A stretch of 64,000 bases of DNA from an uncultured Verrucomicrobiota bacterium (GTDB lineage Bacteria; Verrucomicrobiota; Verrucomicrobiia; Limisphaerales; AAA164-E04): NCBI GenBank assembly GCA_964415055.1, contig CAYPZD010000004.1, positions 3,260-67,259 of the forward strand, given 5' to 3'. The notes under the pieces are model-generated. The model was given only the letters and a program-made list of their open reading frames with translations, was not told the DNA's origin and did not search any database. Position numbers and translations under genes: made by a program. Below, piece by piece: positions 34,561-46,240 of the stretch (position 1 is the first letter of the stretch; every line of letters begins with the position of its first letter).

Positions 34561-36129
34561 ATGACGCAGAAAATTCAACGTGCCCTCATCTCCGTATCCG
34601 ACAAAACAGGCCTGGTTCCTTTTGCCAGGAAACTCTCCGAAGCGGGGGTGGCCTTAATCTCCACCGGCGGTACCGCCAAAGCCATCCGTGATGCCGGGTT
34701 GGAGGTGACCGATCTCAGTGATTACACCGGTTTTCCCGAAATGCTGGACGGAAGAGTCAAAACCCTGCACCCCAAAGTGCACGGAGGTTTGCTCTACCTG
34801 CGTGAGAACGAAACCCATTGCCAGACGGTTGCTGAGCACGGTATCCAGCCCATCGACCTGGTGGTCGTTAATCTCTATCCATTTGAAGCCACCATCGCCA
34901 AACCGGATGTCACCTTGGAGGAAGCGATTGAAAATATCGATATCGGTGGTCCCTCCATGTTGCGCAGCGCCGCCAAGAATCATCAAAGCGTCACCGTGAT
35001 TGTGGATCCGGCCGATTATGATAAAGTTGCTGAGCAGATCACAGAGCAGGGGGGCACCACGCTGGAGTTCCGCCGGACCCTGGCAGCGAAAGTATATGCC
35101 CGGACCGCAGCTTACGATGCGACCATTGCCAGTCATCTGACCGGTGAATTCGAAAAACTGGCCTCCGATGACGCTCAGGCAAGCGCCACACCTTCCAATA
35201 TTCACCTGCACATTCCCAAAGTTCAAGAACTCAGGTATGGCGAGAATCCGCATCAGGCCGCTGCTCTTTACGGCGATTTTCAGGAGTATTTCGAGCAGTT
35301 GCATGGGAAAGCGCTTTCCTACAACAACATCCTCGATTTGACCGCTGCCCAGAGTTTGATCGCCGAATTTGACGGTCAAGCTCCGACACTGGCCATCTTG
35401 AAGCACACCAATCCCTGTGGTGTCGGGCAGGGGAGCCAATTGGCGGAAGCTTGGGAGAAAGCCTTTGCCACCGATCAACAAGCGCCATTCGGGGGCATTA
35501 TCGCTTCCAATGTGGAAATGGACGGTCCTTGCGCCGAAGCCATTGCCGGGATCTTCAGTGAAGTCATCGTGGCCCCGTCCTTCAACGAAGATGCGCTCGG
35601 TATTTTGCAAAAGAAAAAGAACCTGCGATTGATCCGAACCAAACAATCCCAAATCAGTTCCGGATGGCAGGTTCGGGCGGTTGGCGCCGGTTCTTTCCTG
35701 GCACAGGCATTTGATCAGAAAATGGTGGGCCAGGAAGACCTCAAAGTGGTCACCGAACGCGCCCCCAGTGATGATGAATTGAGCGCCATGTTGTTTGGCT
35801 GGCGTGTGGTGAAGCATTTGAAATCGAATGCCATTGTTTACACCGGCAAAGATCGCACTTTGGGAGTGGGTGCGGGACAGATGAGTCGTGTGGATTCCAG
35901 TCGAATCGCGGTATGGAAAGCTGGCGAAGCCAAGCTAAGCCTTCAAGGGAGTGTGGTGTGCAGTGACGCGTTTTTCCCTTTTGCCGATGGCCTGATCGCT
36001 GCGGCGGAAGCCGGAGCAAGCGCCGCCATCCAGCCCGGCGGATCGGTTCGGGATGAAGAAGTCATCGCCGCTGCCAACGAGCGCGGTGTAGCGATGGTCT
36101 TCACCGGAAACCGGCATTTCCGACATTAA
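34561..36129 (+). CDS. purH: Bifunctional AICAR formyltransferase / IMP cyclohydrolase
   Basis: [64 protein letters not shown], and the C-terminal FTGNRHFRH. The ORF opens at 34522; ATG 34561 is the likely start. Confidence 0.95.
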   Translation: MTQKIQRALISVSDKTGLVPFARKLSEAGVALISTGGTAKAIRDAGLEVTDLSDYTGFPEMLDGRVKTLHPKVHGGLLYLRENETHCQTVAEHGIQPIDLVVVNLYPFEATIAKPDVTLEEAIENIDIGGPSMLRSAAKNHQSVTVIVDPADYDKVAEQITEQGGTTLEFRRTLAAKVYARTAAYDATIASHLTGEFEKLASDDAQASATPSNIHLHIPKVQELRYGENPHQAAALYGDFQEYFEQLHGKALSYNNILDLTAAQSLIAEFDGQAPTLAILKHTNPCGVGQGSQLAEAWEKAFATDQQAPFGGIIASNVEMDGPCAEAIAGIFSEVIVAPSFNEDALGILQKKKNLRLIRTKQSQISSGWQVRAVGAGSFLAQAFDQKMVGQEDLKVVTERAPSDDELSAMLFGWRVVKHLKSNAIVYTGKDRTLGVGAGQMSRVDSSRIAVWKAGEAKLSLQGSVVCSDAFFPFADGLIAAAEAGASAAIQPGGSVRDEEVIAAANERGVAMVFTGNRHFRH

Positions 36130-36172
36130 GTCCGTCATTGTCTATCGCTTCTAATTGGGCGATGATCCTGTC

Positions 36173-38074
36173 ATGAAAACAAGCAGGATTCTTTGGTGCG
36201 CGTTTTTCCTGGTGGGCGTGCTGAATGCGACTGAGGTGATTCACTCACCTGATGGGCAGATTAAGTTATCCTTTGAATTGAAAGATGCGGGCGAGGAGAG
36301 TGGTTGTCTCGTCTATTCGGTTGATTATAAAGGCGAACCTGTATTGGTTGATTCCAAGCTTGGTTTTGAGTTGGCTGGTGGGGACTTTTTAAAATCGGGA
36401 TTCGCAGTTCAAAGCCATCGTAGGCGTCATCACGATAGTTTTTGGACACCTGTCTATGGGGAGCGGAGTGTGGTGAGGGATCATTACAATCAGCTCTCGG
36501 TCTTGTTAACGCATCAGGAAGCCACCGACCCTTCGCTTGAATTGGTTTTCCGTTGTTATGACCAGGGAGTCGCTTTCCGATATCATTTGTCTCCGAGCGA
36601 TTCACAGCAGCAGTTGCATATCAAAGAGGAATGGACCGAATTTTCGTTCACCGGGGATCATCCGGCCTGGTGTGTGACATCAGCTCAAGGAGTCTACTCA
36701 AAAAAATCCATCGACAGCGTGGGAGGCGGTGTGGAACGGCCCTTGACCATTGAGGTGGGTGATCAGGTGTTTGTGGCCATAGCGGAAGCCGGGTTGGTGG
36801 ATTATGCACGGATGAAGCTGCGGGCGTCGAAAGAGCGGCCACACACTGTCCTGAGTGATTTGACCGGCGATGTCAGGAGCTCTCAGCCGCTCCAGACCCC
36901 CTGGCGTGTGCTCATGGTTGGGAATAGCCCGGGAGCATTGCTGGAAAACAATGATCTTCTCTTGAATCTCAACGAACCGAACGCGATTGATGATCCATCC
37001 TGGATCAAACCAGGCAAGGTCATCCGGGAAGTCACCTTGACCACACAAGGCGGCAAGGCGTGTGTGGATTTTGCAGTGGAACATCAACTGCAGTATGTGG
37101 AATTTGATGCCGGATGGTATGGGAACGAATACGATGACGCATCCGATGCCACCACGGTGACGGTGGATCCAAAACGATCTCCGGGACCATTGGATTTGCC
37201 CGAAGTGATCCGGTATGCCGAAGAACGTGGTGTCGGAATCATCTTGTATGTCAATCGGCGCGCACTGGAACGTCAGTTGGATACCTTATTGCCACTCTTT
37301 CAAAGGTGGGGGGTGAAGGGATTGAAATACGGATTCGTCAATGTCGGATCACAAGAGCATACGAGTTGGATGCACGAAGCCATTCGTAAAGCGGCGGAAC
37401 ACGGCCTGATGGTGGATGTGCATGATGAATACCGTCCCACCGGTTACAGCCGAACCTATCCAAACTTCATGACCCAGGAGGGAATCGGCGGCGATGAAAC
37501 ATCTCCGAGCAACGAACAAACCCTGACGATTTTATTCACCCGCATGCTTGCCGGGGCAGGGGATAACACGATTTGTTATTATGACGGACGGGTGGACCGC
37601 AATGCTTCGCATGCTTATCAATTGGCCAAGGCCGTGTGTTTGTATAGTCCCTGGCAGTTTTTATACTGGTATGACCGTCCCGAAGGTTCTCCCAGGCGAA
37701 AAGGCGGGGCTGGAGGACAGCAGGGAGTCATAGGAAATGAACCGGAGCTGGAATTTTACGATCGGGTGCCGACCGTTTGGGATGATACGAAAGTGCTGCA
37801 GGGACGTATCGGGGAATATGCGGTCATGGCACGACGCAGTGGTGCCGATTGGTTCATTGGTTGCATGAACAGTGGTGAAGATCGTTCCTTTGATGTCGCT
37901 TTGAACTTCCTGACGCCAGGTCAAACATATATGGCCCATGTTTATTCTGACGATGAAGATGTCCAAACCCGCACCCGCGTCCGAATCGATCGCTTTGAGG
38001 TGGATGCTTCAACGGAGCTGAAAATGAGTGTCGCCCGCCAGGGAGGACAAGCTGTCCACATCATTCCAAAGTGA
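36173..38074 (+). CDS. Glycoside hydrolase family 97-like protein (secreted)
   Basis: Signal peptide MKTSRILWCAFFLVGVLNA. The N-terminal SPDGQIKLSFELKD..LVYSVDYKGEPVLVDSKLGFEL is SusB-like. The catalytic-barrel block WGVKGLKYGF...LMVDVHDEYRPTGYSRTYPNFMTQEGIGGDE follows the GH97 pattern WGVKG.K.DF...LMVD.H..YKPTG..RTYPN..T.EG. Family call by eye only. Confidence 0.65.
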   Translation: MKTSRILWCAFFLVGVLNATEVIHSPDGQIKLSFELKDAGEESGCLVYSVDYKGEPVLVDSKLGFELAGGDFLKSGFAVQSHRRRHHDSFWTPVYGERSVVRDHYNQLSVLLTHQEATDPSLELVFRCYDQGVAFRYHLSPSDSQQQLHIKEEWTEFSFTGDHPAWCVTSAQGVYSKKSIDSVGGGVERPLTIEVGDQVFVAIAEAGLVDYARMKLRASKERPHTVLSDLTGDVRSSQPLQTPWRVLMVGNSPGALLENNDLLLNLNEPNAIDDPSWIKPGKVIREVTLTTQGGKACVDFAVEHQLQYVEFDAGWYGNEYDDASDATTVTVDPKRSPGPLDLPEVIRYAEERGVGIILYVNRRALERQLDTLLPLFQRWGVKGLKYGFVNVGSQEHTSWMHEAIRKAAEHGLMVDVHDEYRPTGYSRTYPNFMTQEGIGGDETSPSNEQTLTILFTRMLAGAGDNTICYYDGRVDRNASHAYQLAKAVCLYSPWQFLYWYDRPEGSPRRKGGAGGQQGVIGNEPELEFYDRVPTVWDDTKVLQGRIGEYAVMARRSGADWFIGCMNSGEDRSFDVALNFLTPGQTYMAHVYSDDEDVQTRTRVRIDRFEVDASTELKMSVARQGGQAVHIIPK

Positions 38075-38120
38075 CAGTAGAAACCGCATCATACGAAGAT
38101 TTAATCGGAACAATAAAAAA

Positions 38121-38150
38121 CCTCCGGGTAGTCCCCGGAGGTTTTGTTTT
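38121..38150. terminator. Bidirectional intrinsic terminator between GH97 gene and gltD
   Basis: Perfect 8-bp GC-rich stem CCTCCGGG (38121-38128) / CCCGGAGG (38134-38141) with a 5-nt loop. It is followed by TTTTGTTTT and preceded by AAAAAA, so it can work on both strands. Confidence 0.85.
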
Positions 38151-38197
38151 AAGTAAAACTTTATCAGTCTACTATTACCGAAATATTCAGTTCCGCC

Positions 38198-39691
38198 TCA
38201 AGGCAGTTGAGTGCGCCCCATCAGATAGCGATCGCATTCCCGGGCAGCGCCACGTCCTTCGTTGATGGCCCAGACGACCAGGCTCTGGCCACGACGCATA
38301 TCCCCGGCGGCAAAGACGCCTTCGATACTGGTAGTGTATTCGTTGAAGTTGGCGGCCACATTGGATCGTGCATCCGTTTCGAGACCGAGTTTCTCGACAA
38401 TGGTTTGCTCCGGTCCGAGGAAGCCCATGGCGAGCAGAACAAGATCGGCTTTGATGGTGTGCTTTGAACCCTCGACGTCCTTGGGCATGAAGCGTCCGGA
38501 CGTTTCATCACGCACCCATTCCACACGCACGAGTTCCAGCTCCTGAACGTCACCGTTGGCATTGCCAATGATGCGTTTGGCTGAGACCAAGTACTGTCGT
38601 GGATCATCTCCCTGAATCTCGTGAGCTTCTTGCTGGCCATAATCCACCTTGAAAGTGCGAGGCCATTCGGGCCATGGATTTTGGGGCGTACGCTCCAGAG
38701 GGGGTTTGCCGAGAATTTCGAGTTGGATGACGTTTTTACATCCATGACGGAGAGATGTGCCAACGCAATCGGTTCCGGTGTCACCACCGCCAATCACGAC
38801 AACGTTCTTTCCTCTCGCGTCAATCGGAGGGCGCGTGTCGTCAAAATCATTATCGAGCAGGGATTTTGTGTTGGCAGCGAGGAATTCCATCGCGAAATGC
38901 ACGCCTTTCAGGTCGCGGCCCTCAATGGGGAGATCGCGGGGATTGGTCGCTCCGCAGCACAGCACGACGGCGTCAAATTGTTTGCGAATATCCTGGATGT
39001 CATGAGTCACTCCTACGTGCGCATTCGTCACAAACTTCACGCCTTCCTGACGCATCAGGTCGACACGGCGTTCGACCACTTCGCGCTTTTCGAGCTTCAT
39101 GTTGGGAATGCCATACATGAGCAATCCACCGATTCGATCAGCGCGTTCGAAGACGGTTACTTCATGACCGACTTTATTCAACTGATCCGCGCAGGACAGT
39201 CCGGAAGGACCGGAGCCGATGACGGCCACGGTTTTGCCGGTCCGCTTTGCGGGTGGTTGTGGTTGAATCCAGTTTTCTTCCCATCCGCGATCAACGATGG
39301 AGCACTCCATGTTCTTGATCGTGACCGGAGGTTCGATCACGCCCAGGCAACAGGATCCTTCGCAGGGAGCGGGGCAGACCCGTCCCGTGAATTCAGGGAA
39401 ATTGTTGGTTCGGCGCAAACGATCGAGCGCGTCTTTCCAGCGACCGCGATAGACGAGATCGTTCCATTCGGGGATCAGGTTATTGATCGGACACCCGCTG
39501 GCGACACCGGCGAGGGTCATTCCCGTGTGACAATAGGGAACGCCGCAGTCCATACAGCGCGCGGCCTGGGTGGAGACTTTTTCGTCGTCGCGTTCGGCGT
39601 GAATCTCTTTCCAATCCTTGACGCGTTCCAGTGGTGGACGATCGGGGATCGGTTGACGTTGGTGTTCGAGAAATCCGGTAGGTTTACCCAT
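38198..39691 (-). CDS. gltD: Glutamate synthase (NADPH) small subunit
   Basis: 497 aa. MGKPTGF..., Fe-S Cys clusters ([19 protein letters not shown]), [11 protein letters not shown] and [13 protein letters not shown]. Confidence 0.95.
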   Translation of the reverse strand: MGKPTGFLEHQRQPIPDRPPLERVKDWKEIHAERDDEKVSTQAARCMDCGVPYCHTGMTLAGVASGCPINNLIPEWNDLVYRGRWKDALDRLRRTNNFPEFTGRVCPAPCEGSCCLGVIEPPVTIKNMECSIVDRGWEENWIQPQPPAKRTGKTVAVIGSGPSGLSCADQLNKVGHEVTVFERADRIGGLLMYGIPNMKLEKREVVERRVDLMRQEGVKFVTNAHVGVTHDIQDIRKQFDAVVLCCGATNPRDLPIEGRDLKGVHFAMEFLAANTKSLLDNDFDDTRPPIDARGKNVVVIGGGDTGTDCVGTSLRHGCKNVIQLEILGKPPLERTPQNPWPEWPRTFKVDYGQQEAHEIQGDDPRQYLVSAKRIIGNANGDVQELELVRVEWVRDETSGRFMPKDVEGSKHTIKADLVLLAMGFLGPEQTIVEKLGLETDARSNVAANFNEYTTSIEGVFAAGDMRRGQSLVVWAINEGRGAARECDRYLMGRTQLP

Positions 39692-39716
39692 GAGAAATAA
39701 AGTTTAATAATTAAAA

Positions 39717-42700
39717 TCAGTGGCCGGCCTTCACGTTTTCTTCGAAAGCGGCCAGGATGGCTTCGTCTCCTTGGAGCCCTTTTTCTTCGGCTCGGCTGAT
39801 GGCGTTGAGGACCCGTTCATAGTCTGTCGGCATGACCTTCACGAATTTGGGAAGCAATGCATCCCAGTTATCAAGGACAGTCTTTCCGCGGACGCTGCCT
39901 GTGAGAGCGACGTGACGTTCGAGTCGGGATTTCACTGCCGCAATTTCGTCTTCGGTGGATTCGATGAGCGGATATACGTTCACCATTTCCTTGTTGAGTC
40001 GGTGGCTGACGAAGTCACCCTGCTCGTCGAGGACGTAGGCGGTGCCTCCGGACATACCGGCCGCAAAATTCCGGCCTGTGGTCCCGATGCAGATCACTTC
40101 GCCACCGGTCATGTATTCGCAACCGTGGTCTCCCACGCCTTCAATCACGGCTTTGACGCCGCTGTTACGAACACAGAATCGTTCGCCGGCCATGCCCGCG
40201 ATGAAGGCTTCACCTGCGGTGGCACCGTAAAAGGAAGTGTTACCGGTGATGATGTTGTCACAGGCGACAAAGGTGGATACCTTGGGCGGGTAAACAACAA
40301 TTCTGCCGCCGGACAGCCCCTTGCCGCAGTAGTCGTTGGTGTCGCCCTCAACGGTCAATGTCATCCCGCGCGGACAAAATGCCCCGAGACTCTGACCTGC
40401 CGAACCGTTGAATTTCAACTGTATCGTGTCATCCGGTAATCCTTCAGCGCCGTGACGCCGTGAGATTTCCGCGCCCACGATGGTTCCCACCACTCGGTTG
40501 GTGTTCACGATCGGGAACTCACCAGTGACTTTTTCACCCCGCTCAATCGCCGGTTGACAGGCTTCGAGCAGGTGGGTGTTGTCCAGTGCGAGTTCCAATC
40601 GGTGGTCCTGTTTCATCGAGCAATAGGTGCCGACTTCGGGGCCGATCTCCGGTTTGTAAAGGATCTTGGAGTAATCAAGCCCTTTGGCCTTCCAGTGATT
40701 GATCGCATCGCGCATTTCCAATTTCTCGACCTTGCCGACCATTTCGTTGATGGTTCGGAAGCCGAGTTGGGCCATGATCTCGCGAACTTCTTCGGCGATG
40801 TAGGTCATGAAATTCACGACGGCATCCGGTGAACCTTTGAATTTTTCGCGAAGGCGTGGATCCTGTGTTGCCACACCGACCGGGCAGGTGTTTTTGTGAC
40901 AAACCCGCATCATGATACAACCGAGCGTGACCAGCGGTGCTGTTGCAAACCCGAATTCCTCGGCACCGAGGAGACAGGCAATGGCTACATCGCGACCCGT
41001 CTTCAGCTGTCCGTCGGCCTCGACAACCACACGACTGCGCAGGTTGTTGATCAATAGTGTCTGGTTCGTTTCCGCCACACCGAGTTCCCACGGAGCGCCG
41101 GCATGCTGAATACTGGAGCGTGGCGAAGCGCCTGTGCCTCCGTCGTAACCGGATATCAGGATGACATCCGCCTTGGCTTTGGCAACGCCGGTGGCGATCG
41201 TGCCAACTCCAATTTCAGAAACGAGCTTCACGTTGACGCGTGCGTTGACGTTGGAGTTCTTCAGGTCGTGAATCAACTGCTGAAGATCTTCAATCGAATA
41301 GATATCGTGATGCGGCGGTGGCGAAATCAAGCCGACACCCGGAGTGGTGCCTCGTGTCTTGGCGATCGGAGGCAGCACTTTGTGTCCGGGTAATTCGCCT
41401 CCTTCACCGGGCTTGGCGCCCTGAACGATCTTGATCTGAAGTTCGTCCGAGTTGACAAGATAGTGACTGGTAACCCCGAAACGTCCTGATGCGACCTGCT
41501 TGATGGCTGATCGACGAAGATCGCCATTTTCGTCGCGGGTGAAACGATCCGGATCTTCGCCCCCTTCACCGGTGTTCGATTTGCCGCCCAGGCGGTTCAT
41601 CGCGATGGCAAGTGCCTCGTGGGCTTCCCGGCTGATTGAACCGTAGGACATGGCCCCGGTCTTGAAGCGTTTGACTATCTCGGAAGCAGGCTCGACCTCT
41701 TCAATCGGTATGGATTTGGAAGGGTTGACCTTGAATTCCATGAGCCCGCGCAACGTAAACATGTCGCGCGTCTGATTGTTCACCTCTTGTGAGTATTCCT
41801 TGAAAACATTGTAGTCTCCCGCCCAGGTCGCGCTTTGCAGTTTGTGGATGACCAGCGGACTGAAGAGGTGTTTTTCACCATTGGCACGCCATTGGTAAAC
41901 ACCACCTGAATCAAGAGCACGATCCGTTTCGTCGCGTCCGGAGCCATAGGCGGCCTGATGACGCATCCAGACTTCTTTTGAAATTTCATCCAGATCAATC
42001 CCTTCAACCCGGGATGACGTTTTGGTGAAGTATTTGTCGATGACCGCTTCGTTGAGACCGACCGCTTCGAAAATTTGAGCGCCGCGATAGCTGGCCACGG
42101 TGGAGATTCCCATCTTGGCCATGGTTTTGGTAACGCCCTTCATGTTCGCCTTGATGAAATTGGCGCGGGCTTTCTCGGGTTTCTTGTCGATCTCACCTTC
42201 GAGTATGAGATGTTCCGCGGTTTCGAGCGCCAACCAGGGGTTGATGGCATCGCAACCATAACCGAGCAGGAGAGCGAAATGGTGCACCTCGCGGGGTTCG
42301 CCGGATTCAAGAATGATCGAGACTTTTCCGCGGACTCCTTTGCGAATCAAATGGTGATGCAGACCACCCACTGCCAGCAATGCAGGAATGGCTGCATATC
42401 GGGAACTGACACCGCGATCCGAGAGGATGATCAGGTTGACATCATCCCTGATTGCTTCTTCTGCTATTTCGAACAGATGCTCCAATGCATCGTGCAGTCC
42501 CCGGCCCCGTTGAGCTGATCGGGGTTCTTCGACAGATGAGTGGGTGGATTCCAGGCCTTCCCGGTCGGTTTGAGGATCGAAAAGGATCGGCAGCGTGGCG
42601 GATTTGAAGCCTGCTGCTTTGAAATCACGGATGCGCCCAAGCTTTTCGTTGTCAATGATCGGAGTTTCCAGCTTGATCATTCGGCAGTTCTCGGGACCCG

Positions 42701-44390
42701 GATTGACGAGATCGCCTTCGGAACCGAGGAAAGTCACGCTTGCCGTGATCAGTTCCTCACGAATCGGGTCGATCGCCGGATTCGTGACCTGCGCGAACAA
42801 TTGCTTGAAGTAATTGTAAAGTAACTGTGGACGATTCGAGAGAACGGCCAAAGGCGCATCGTTACCCATCGCTCCCAGCGGTTGATTGCCGGTTTCGACG
42901 CTCGGTTTGATGAGCATGCGGATATCCTCAAACGTGAAGCCGAAAGCCTTCTGACGCTGTAATAACGTTTCAGGCACGAGCCCGGGCACTTCACCGATCG
43001 GAGCAGGTAGATCAGCCTCGTTGACCAGGTTTTGGTCAAGCCATTCGCCATACGGATTTTCTGAGGCGATTTTTTCCTTTAACTCGGCATCTTCCACGAT
43101 ACGGCCTTCGCGGGTATCAACGAGGAACATACGTCCCGGCTCGAGTCGGCCTTTTTTGATGACTTTCGCTGGGTCGACACCAGAAAGCACACCAACCTCG
43201 GAGGCCATGATCACCAGGTCATCGCTGGTGACATAATAGCGTGATGGGCGCAAGCCATTGCGATCGAGCACAGCGCCAATCTGGTGGCCATCGAGAAATG
43301 CAATCGATGCCGGACCATCCCAAGGCTCCATCATGCAGGCGTGGAACTCATAGAAATCACGCTTGGTTTGAGACATGGACTGGTGTTTTTCCCATGGTTC
43401 GGGGATCATCATCATGACCACATGCGGAAGCGACCGCCCGGTCATCATTAAAAACTCCATGCAATTGTCAAAATGCTGGGAATCGGATCCTCCTCCGGTG
43501 ATGACGGGGAGCAGCTTGCTCAAATCCTTGCCGAACAAATCGCTTTTCAATTGCATCTGCCGCGCATGCATCCAGTTTTCATTACCGCGCATCGTGTTGA
43601 TTTCGCCGTTATGACACATGAAGCGGAAGGGCTGGGCACGCGGCCAGCTTGGGAATGTGTTGGTGCTGAAACGGGAATGCACCAGCGCCATCGAGCTCTC
43701 CATGTCTGGATGTTGAAGATCAGGGAAGTAGTGACCGAGCTGATCGGTCGTCAGCATGCCCTTGTAAACAATGACATTGCTGGAAAGCGTGGGTATGTAA
43801 AAATAGCCGTTCCCGTCCTGACGGTAGCGAAATCGGTAGGATGTGGTGCGGCGGATCAGGTAGAGGGCGCGTTCGAAGGCATCTTGGTCTTTGGTCTCGG
43901 CACTTCGCCCGATGAAAACATGGACCATTTTCGGCTCACAGTCCTTGGAAGCCTTGCCCAAGTCTTTATTGTTGATCGGGACATCACGCCAGCCCAACAA
44001 GGTTTGACCAATCTCCCCGATGACATCTTCCATCAGCTTCTTTTCTGAAGCAGCCTGTTCTTCGTCAGGACTAAGGTAGACCAAACCAACCGCGAAATGG
44101 CCGGGTTCCGGAAGGTCGATCCCTTCTTCTTTGGCGACTGTGGCGAAGAACTTATGAGGCATGGCCATCAACATCCCGGCACCGTCTCCGGTTTGCTGAT
44201 CGCATCCGCAACCGCCTCGGTGATCCAGATTTATGCACATTTCGATGGCACCCTGGACAATGGCATGGGAGGGCACTCCCTTCATATTCACAAGAAACCC
44301 GACGCCACAGGAATCATGCTCCTGAGACGGGTCATACAAACCCTGCTTCGGAGGCAGGGATGACTGAAAAGGTATATTTTGACCAATCAT
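39717..44390 (-). CDS. gltB: Glutamate synthase large subunit
   Basis: 1557 aa. N-terminal Ntn amidotransferase (CGVGF after the leader), central domain, FMN domain ([22 protein letters not shown]) and the C-terminal GXGXG beta-helix domain. Confidence 0.97.
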   Translation of the reverse strand: MIGQNIPFQSSLPPKQGLYDPSQEHDSCGVGFLVNMKGVPSHAIVQGAIEMCINLDHRGGCGCDQQTGDGAGMLMAMPHKFFATVAKEEGIDLPEPGHFAVGLVYLSPDEEQAASEKKLMEDVIGEIGQTLLGWRDVPINNKDLGKASKDCEPKMVHVFIGRSAETKDQDAFERALYLIRRTTSYRFRYRQDGNGYFYIPTLSSNVIVYKGMLTTDQLGHYFPDLQHPDMESSMALVHSRFSTNTFPSWPRAQPFRFMCHNGEINTMRGNENWMHARQMQLKSDLFGKDLSKLLPVITGGGSDSQHFDNCMEFLMMTGRSLPHVVMMMIPEPWEKHQSMSQTKRDFYEFHACMMEPWDGPASIAFLDGHQIGAVLDRNGLRPSRYYVTSDDLVIMASEVGVLSGVDPAKVIKKGRLEPGRMFLVDTREGRIVEDAELKEKIASENPYGEWLDQNLVNEADLPAPIGEVPGLVPETLLQRQKAFGFTFEDIRMLIKPSVETGNQPLGAMGNDAPLAVLSNRPQLLYNYFKQLFAQVTNPAIDPIREELITASVTFLGSEGDLVNPGPENCRMIKLETPIIDNEKLGRIRDFKAAGFKSATLPILFDPQTDREGLESTHSSVEEPRSAQRGRGLHDALEHLFEIAEEAIRDDVNLIILSDRGVSSRYAAIPALLAVGGLHHHLIRKGVRGKVSIILESGEPREVHHFALLLGYGCDAINPWLALETAEHLILEGEIDKKPEKARANFIKANMKGVTKTMAKMGISTVASYRGAQIFEAVGLNEAVIDKYFTKTSSRVEGIDLDEISKEVWMRHQAAYGSGRDETDRALDSGGVYQWRANGEKHLFSPLVIHKLQSATWAGDYNVFKEYSQEVNNQTRDMFTLRGLMEFKVNPSKSIPIEEVEPASEIVKRFKTGAMSYGSISREAHEALAIAMNRLGGKSNTGEGGEDPDRFTRDENGDLRRSAIKQVASGRFGVTSHYLVNSDELQIKIVQGAKPGEGGELPGHKVLPPIAKTRGTTPGVGLISPPPHHDIYSIEDLQQLIHDLKNSNVNARVNVKLVSEIGVGTIATGVAKAKADVILISGYDGGTGASPRSSIQHAGAPWELGVAETNQTLLINNLRSRVVVEADGQLKTGRDVAIACLLGAEEFGFATAPLVTLGCIMMRVCHKNTCPVGVATQDPRLREKFKGSPDAVVNFMTYIAEEVREIMAQLGFRTINEMVGKVEKLEMRDAINHWKAKGLDYSKILYKPEIGPEVGTYCSMKQDHRLELALDNTHLLEACQPAIERGEKVTGEFPIVNTNRVVGTIVGAEISRRHGAEGLPDDTIQLKFNGSAGQSLGAFCPRGMTLTVEGDTNDYCGKGLSGGRIVVYPPKVSTFVACDNIITGNTSFYGATAGEAFIAGMAGERFCVRNSGVKAVIEGVGDHGCEYMTGGEVICIGTTGRNFAAGMSGGTAYVLDEQGDFVSHRLNKEMVNVYPLIESTEDEIAAVKSRLERHVALTGSVRGKTVLDNWDALLPKFVKVMPTDYERVLNAISRAEEKGLQGDEAILAAFEENVKAGH

Positions 44391-44745
44391 TGAGCTGGGT
44401 GACTTACCGTTAATCCCTACATTCTGTCAAGTACGCTCGCAATTTATCCCCCTAAAGAAAGTTGGTATTTGGTCCATATTGAACCTGGAATGGCCGGTCG
44501 GTCGTAATAAATGCAGCCATTTTACAGCATGATCTTGAGTTTTGTTTGCATGTCCTGGAGTTGACACTCTTTGGGCCACACCTCGACACAAACTTCATTT
44601 CGCTCTCGCGCGGGGAGGATGGCTGTGAGGGGATAGTTGTTCGGATGGTGTTTTCAAGGTCAAAAGCGTGAAGGAGTTGAGATATGATTTTATGGTGCGT
44701 TCAAGAATATTTGACTGTAGTCATGACTATGGTCATAATTGTTTT

Positions 44746-45093
44746 GTGAAATCGGTTTCCAAAAGCAAATTAAAAGCCCGGATGTTGGAATTCTTTCGGG
44801 AAGTGGAAGCGTCGGGCGAATCATTGGTCGTGACGGATCGGGGTAAGGAGGTACTGGTGATCCAGCCGGTGAGGCGATCTTCGGTCGGTCTATCTTCCGA
44901 CGGGATGATCTTGAGTGAATCGACAGCAAACCTGCCTTCAGCAAAACCTCAAGCATCCGAACAGGTGCTTTTGGAAGAACTTCGAATGATGGCCACACCG
45001 GCTTCGCCGATCAGTGAATCGGAACTGATGGCTCCTTTACCCTTGGCCGATTGGGAAGTGGAGCAGGATGAGGATCGTAACCCATGGTCTTAG
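44746..45093 (+). CDS. Phd/YefM-like antitoxin with extended C-terminal tail
   Basis: VKSVSKSKLKARMLEFFREVEASGESLVVTDRGKEVLVIQPV is a typical Phd/YefM N-terminal fold. It overlaps the downstream PIN gene by 10 nt. The ORF opens at 44668; the start could be ATG 44692 or GTG 44746. Confidence 0.7.
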   Translation: MKSVSKSKLKARMLEFFREVEASGESLVVTDRGKEVLVIQPVRRSSVGLSSDGMILSESTANLPSAKPQASEQVLLEELRMMATPASPISESELMAPLPLADWEVEQDEDRNPWS

Positions 45094-45479
45094 ACACGCA
45101 TACGCTTCTTTGGTGGTTGAGCAATGATCCCGCCCTTTCTGCCTTGGCGAGGGATCGCATTCAGGCCTGTCGTGAAGGGCGTGGGTATTTGATCATCAGT
45201 GGAGTTTCCTTGTGGGAGCTGGAGTGGAAACGGCGTTTGGGGAAATTGGCGCTGCCCGGTTCCGTCCGCCCTTGGTTGCCTCGATTGCGTGGGTTGCGCG
45301 GTGTCTTATTGGAAGGCATTTCTTTTGACCGTTGGGTTGCCATGGCGGAGTTGGATTGGGATCACCGGGATCCGGCGGACCGGTTGATTGCTGCCACGGC
45401 ACTTGAGCATGATGTGCCTGTTCTGACCAAGGATCGCGTCTTTCATGCGGACGATTCCCCTGTTGATGCGGTTTGGTAA
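45084..45479 (+). CDS. vapC: PIN-domain toxin (VapC family)
   Basis: 131 aa. MVLDTHTLLWWLSNDP, then ISGVSLWELEWK and DPADRLIAATALEHDVPVLTKD, which carry the conserved PIN acidic residues. Confidence 0.85.
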   Translation: MVLDTHTLLWWLSNDPALSALARDRIQACREGRGYLIISGVSLWELEWKRRLGKLALPGSVRPWLPRLRGLRGVLLEGISFDRWVAMAELDWDHRDPADRLIAATALEHDVPVLTKDRVFHADDSPVDAVW

Positions 45480-45587
45480 AACTTGTTTTCAACCCATGCC
45501 TGGTCCGGATGAATTGGATTTACAATCAGGCGATCCTGGGTGATGGAAATTTATTTAAAATATTAGCGATAATGTAGATATAGCTTC

Positions 45588-45968
45588 TTATTTTTTTTGA
45601 AAGTATTTCACGTTTGAGAGCGCTTTGAAATCGCTGTCCTGGGTCCAGAGGGTGGCTTGATGGATTTGAGCCGTGGCGTAAATGAGTGAATCGGCCATTG
45701 CGGTTTTATGTTGAATGCTTATTTGGGCGGCTTTTATGGAAATATCAATATCCGGGGCGATGAGCACTCCTTGTTGTAATAATTCGACCATCAATTGTGC
45801 ACGTGTCGCATCAGCATGTGTCATGGTGTATTTCCATACTTCGTATATCGTGATGGTGGAAACCAACACGTTGCTCATGTCATCGATGGCTTTGAGGAAT
45901 TTTCGAGCGTTCGTACCTCCGTGTGCTATTTCAATCCAAGCAGAGCTGTCCAGGCAATTTTTTTTCAT
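45588..45968 (-). CDS. vapC: PIN-domain toxin (VapC family)
   Basis: 126 aa. CLDSSAWIEI (first Asp), ITIYEVWK, MADSLIYATAQIHQATLWTQDSDF. The start overlaps the antitoxin stop by 4 nt. Confidence 0.85.
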   Translation of the reverse strand: MKKNCLDSSAWIEIAHGGTNARKFLKAIDDMSNVLVSTITIYEVWKYTMTHADATRAQLMVELLQQGVLIAPDIDISIKAAQISIQHKTAMADSLIYATAQIHQATLWTQDSDFKALSNVKYFQKK

Positions 45969-46180
45969 GGCAGTTCTCTGTCTTGCTCACGTTCAAATGG
46001 AATATGGGCACAATCAGAAAGCAATCCGACCAACTGCTCAGGAGATAGCATAGGGGATATTTCGATGTGGCCATCCTTTTCTGTAATGGAAAGGCGTTGG
46101 CCAGGTTTTAGGTCCAGCTTATTACGGATGGCTTTTGGGATGACGATTTGATATTTGGGTGAAATAAGAGCTGTTGTCAT
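45965..46180 (-). CDS. vapB: AbrB/MazE/SpoVT-family antitoxin (VapB-like)
   Basis: 71 aa. KYQIVIPKAIRNKLDLKPGQRLSITEKDGHIEISP is a SpoVT-AbrB swapped-hairpin motif. Confidence 0.85.
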   Translation of the reverse strand: MTTALISPKYQIVIPKAIRNKLDLKPGQRLSITEKDGHIEISPMLSPEQLVGLLSDCAHIPFEREQDRELP

Positions 46181-46240
46181 ACGTTTTATATTTAGTATGA
46201 CGAAAGGTTTTTTACAATCAGTAATTGTTCAAATGAGGGC

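Noticed and set aside
34654-35817. 387-aa minus-strand ORF antisense to purH
   Set aside because: purH is unambiguous on the plus strand, and the antisense translation is featureless.
38621-39700. 359-aa plus-strand ORF antisense to gltD (and 39720-40439 antisense to gltB)
   Set aside because: gltD and gltB are unambiguous on the minus strand. The antisense ORFs lack motifs.
44391-44667. 277-bp region upstream of gltB considered as a riboswitch or leader
   Set aside because: I could recognise no known riboswitch fold or conserved element by eye. On the gltB strand there is only a possible TTGACA hexamer (plus-strand TGTCAA near 44425-44430) with a poor -10. That is insufficient to call.
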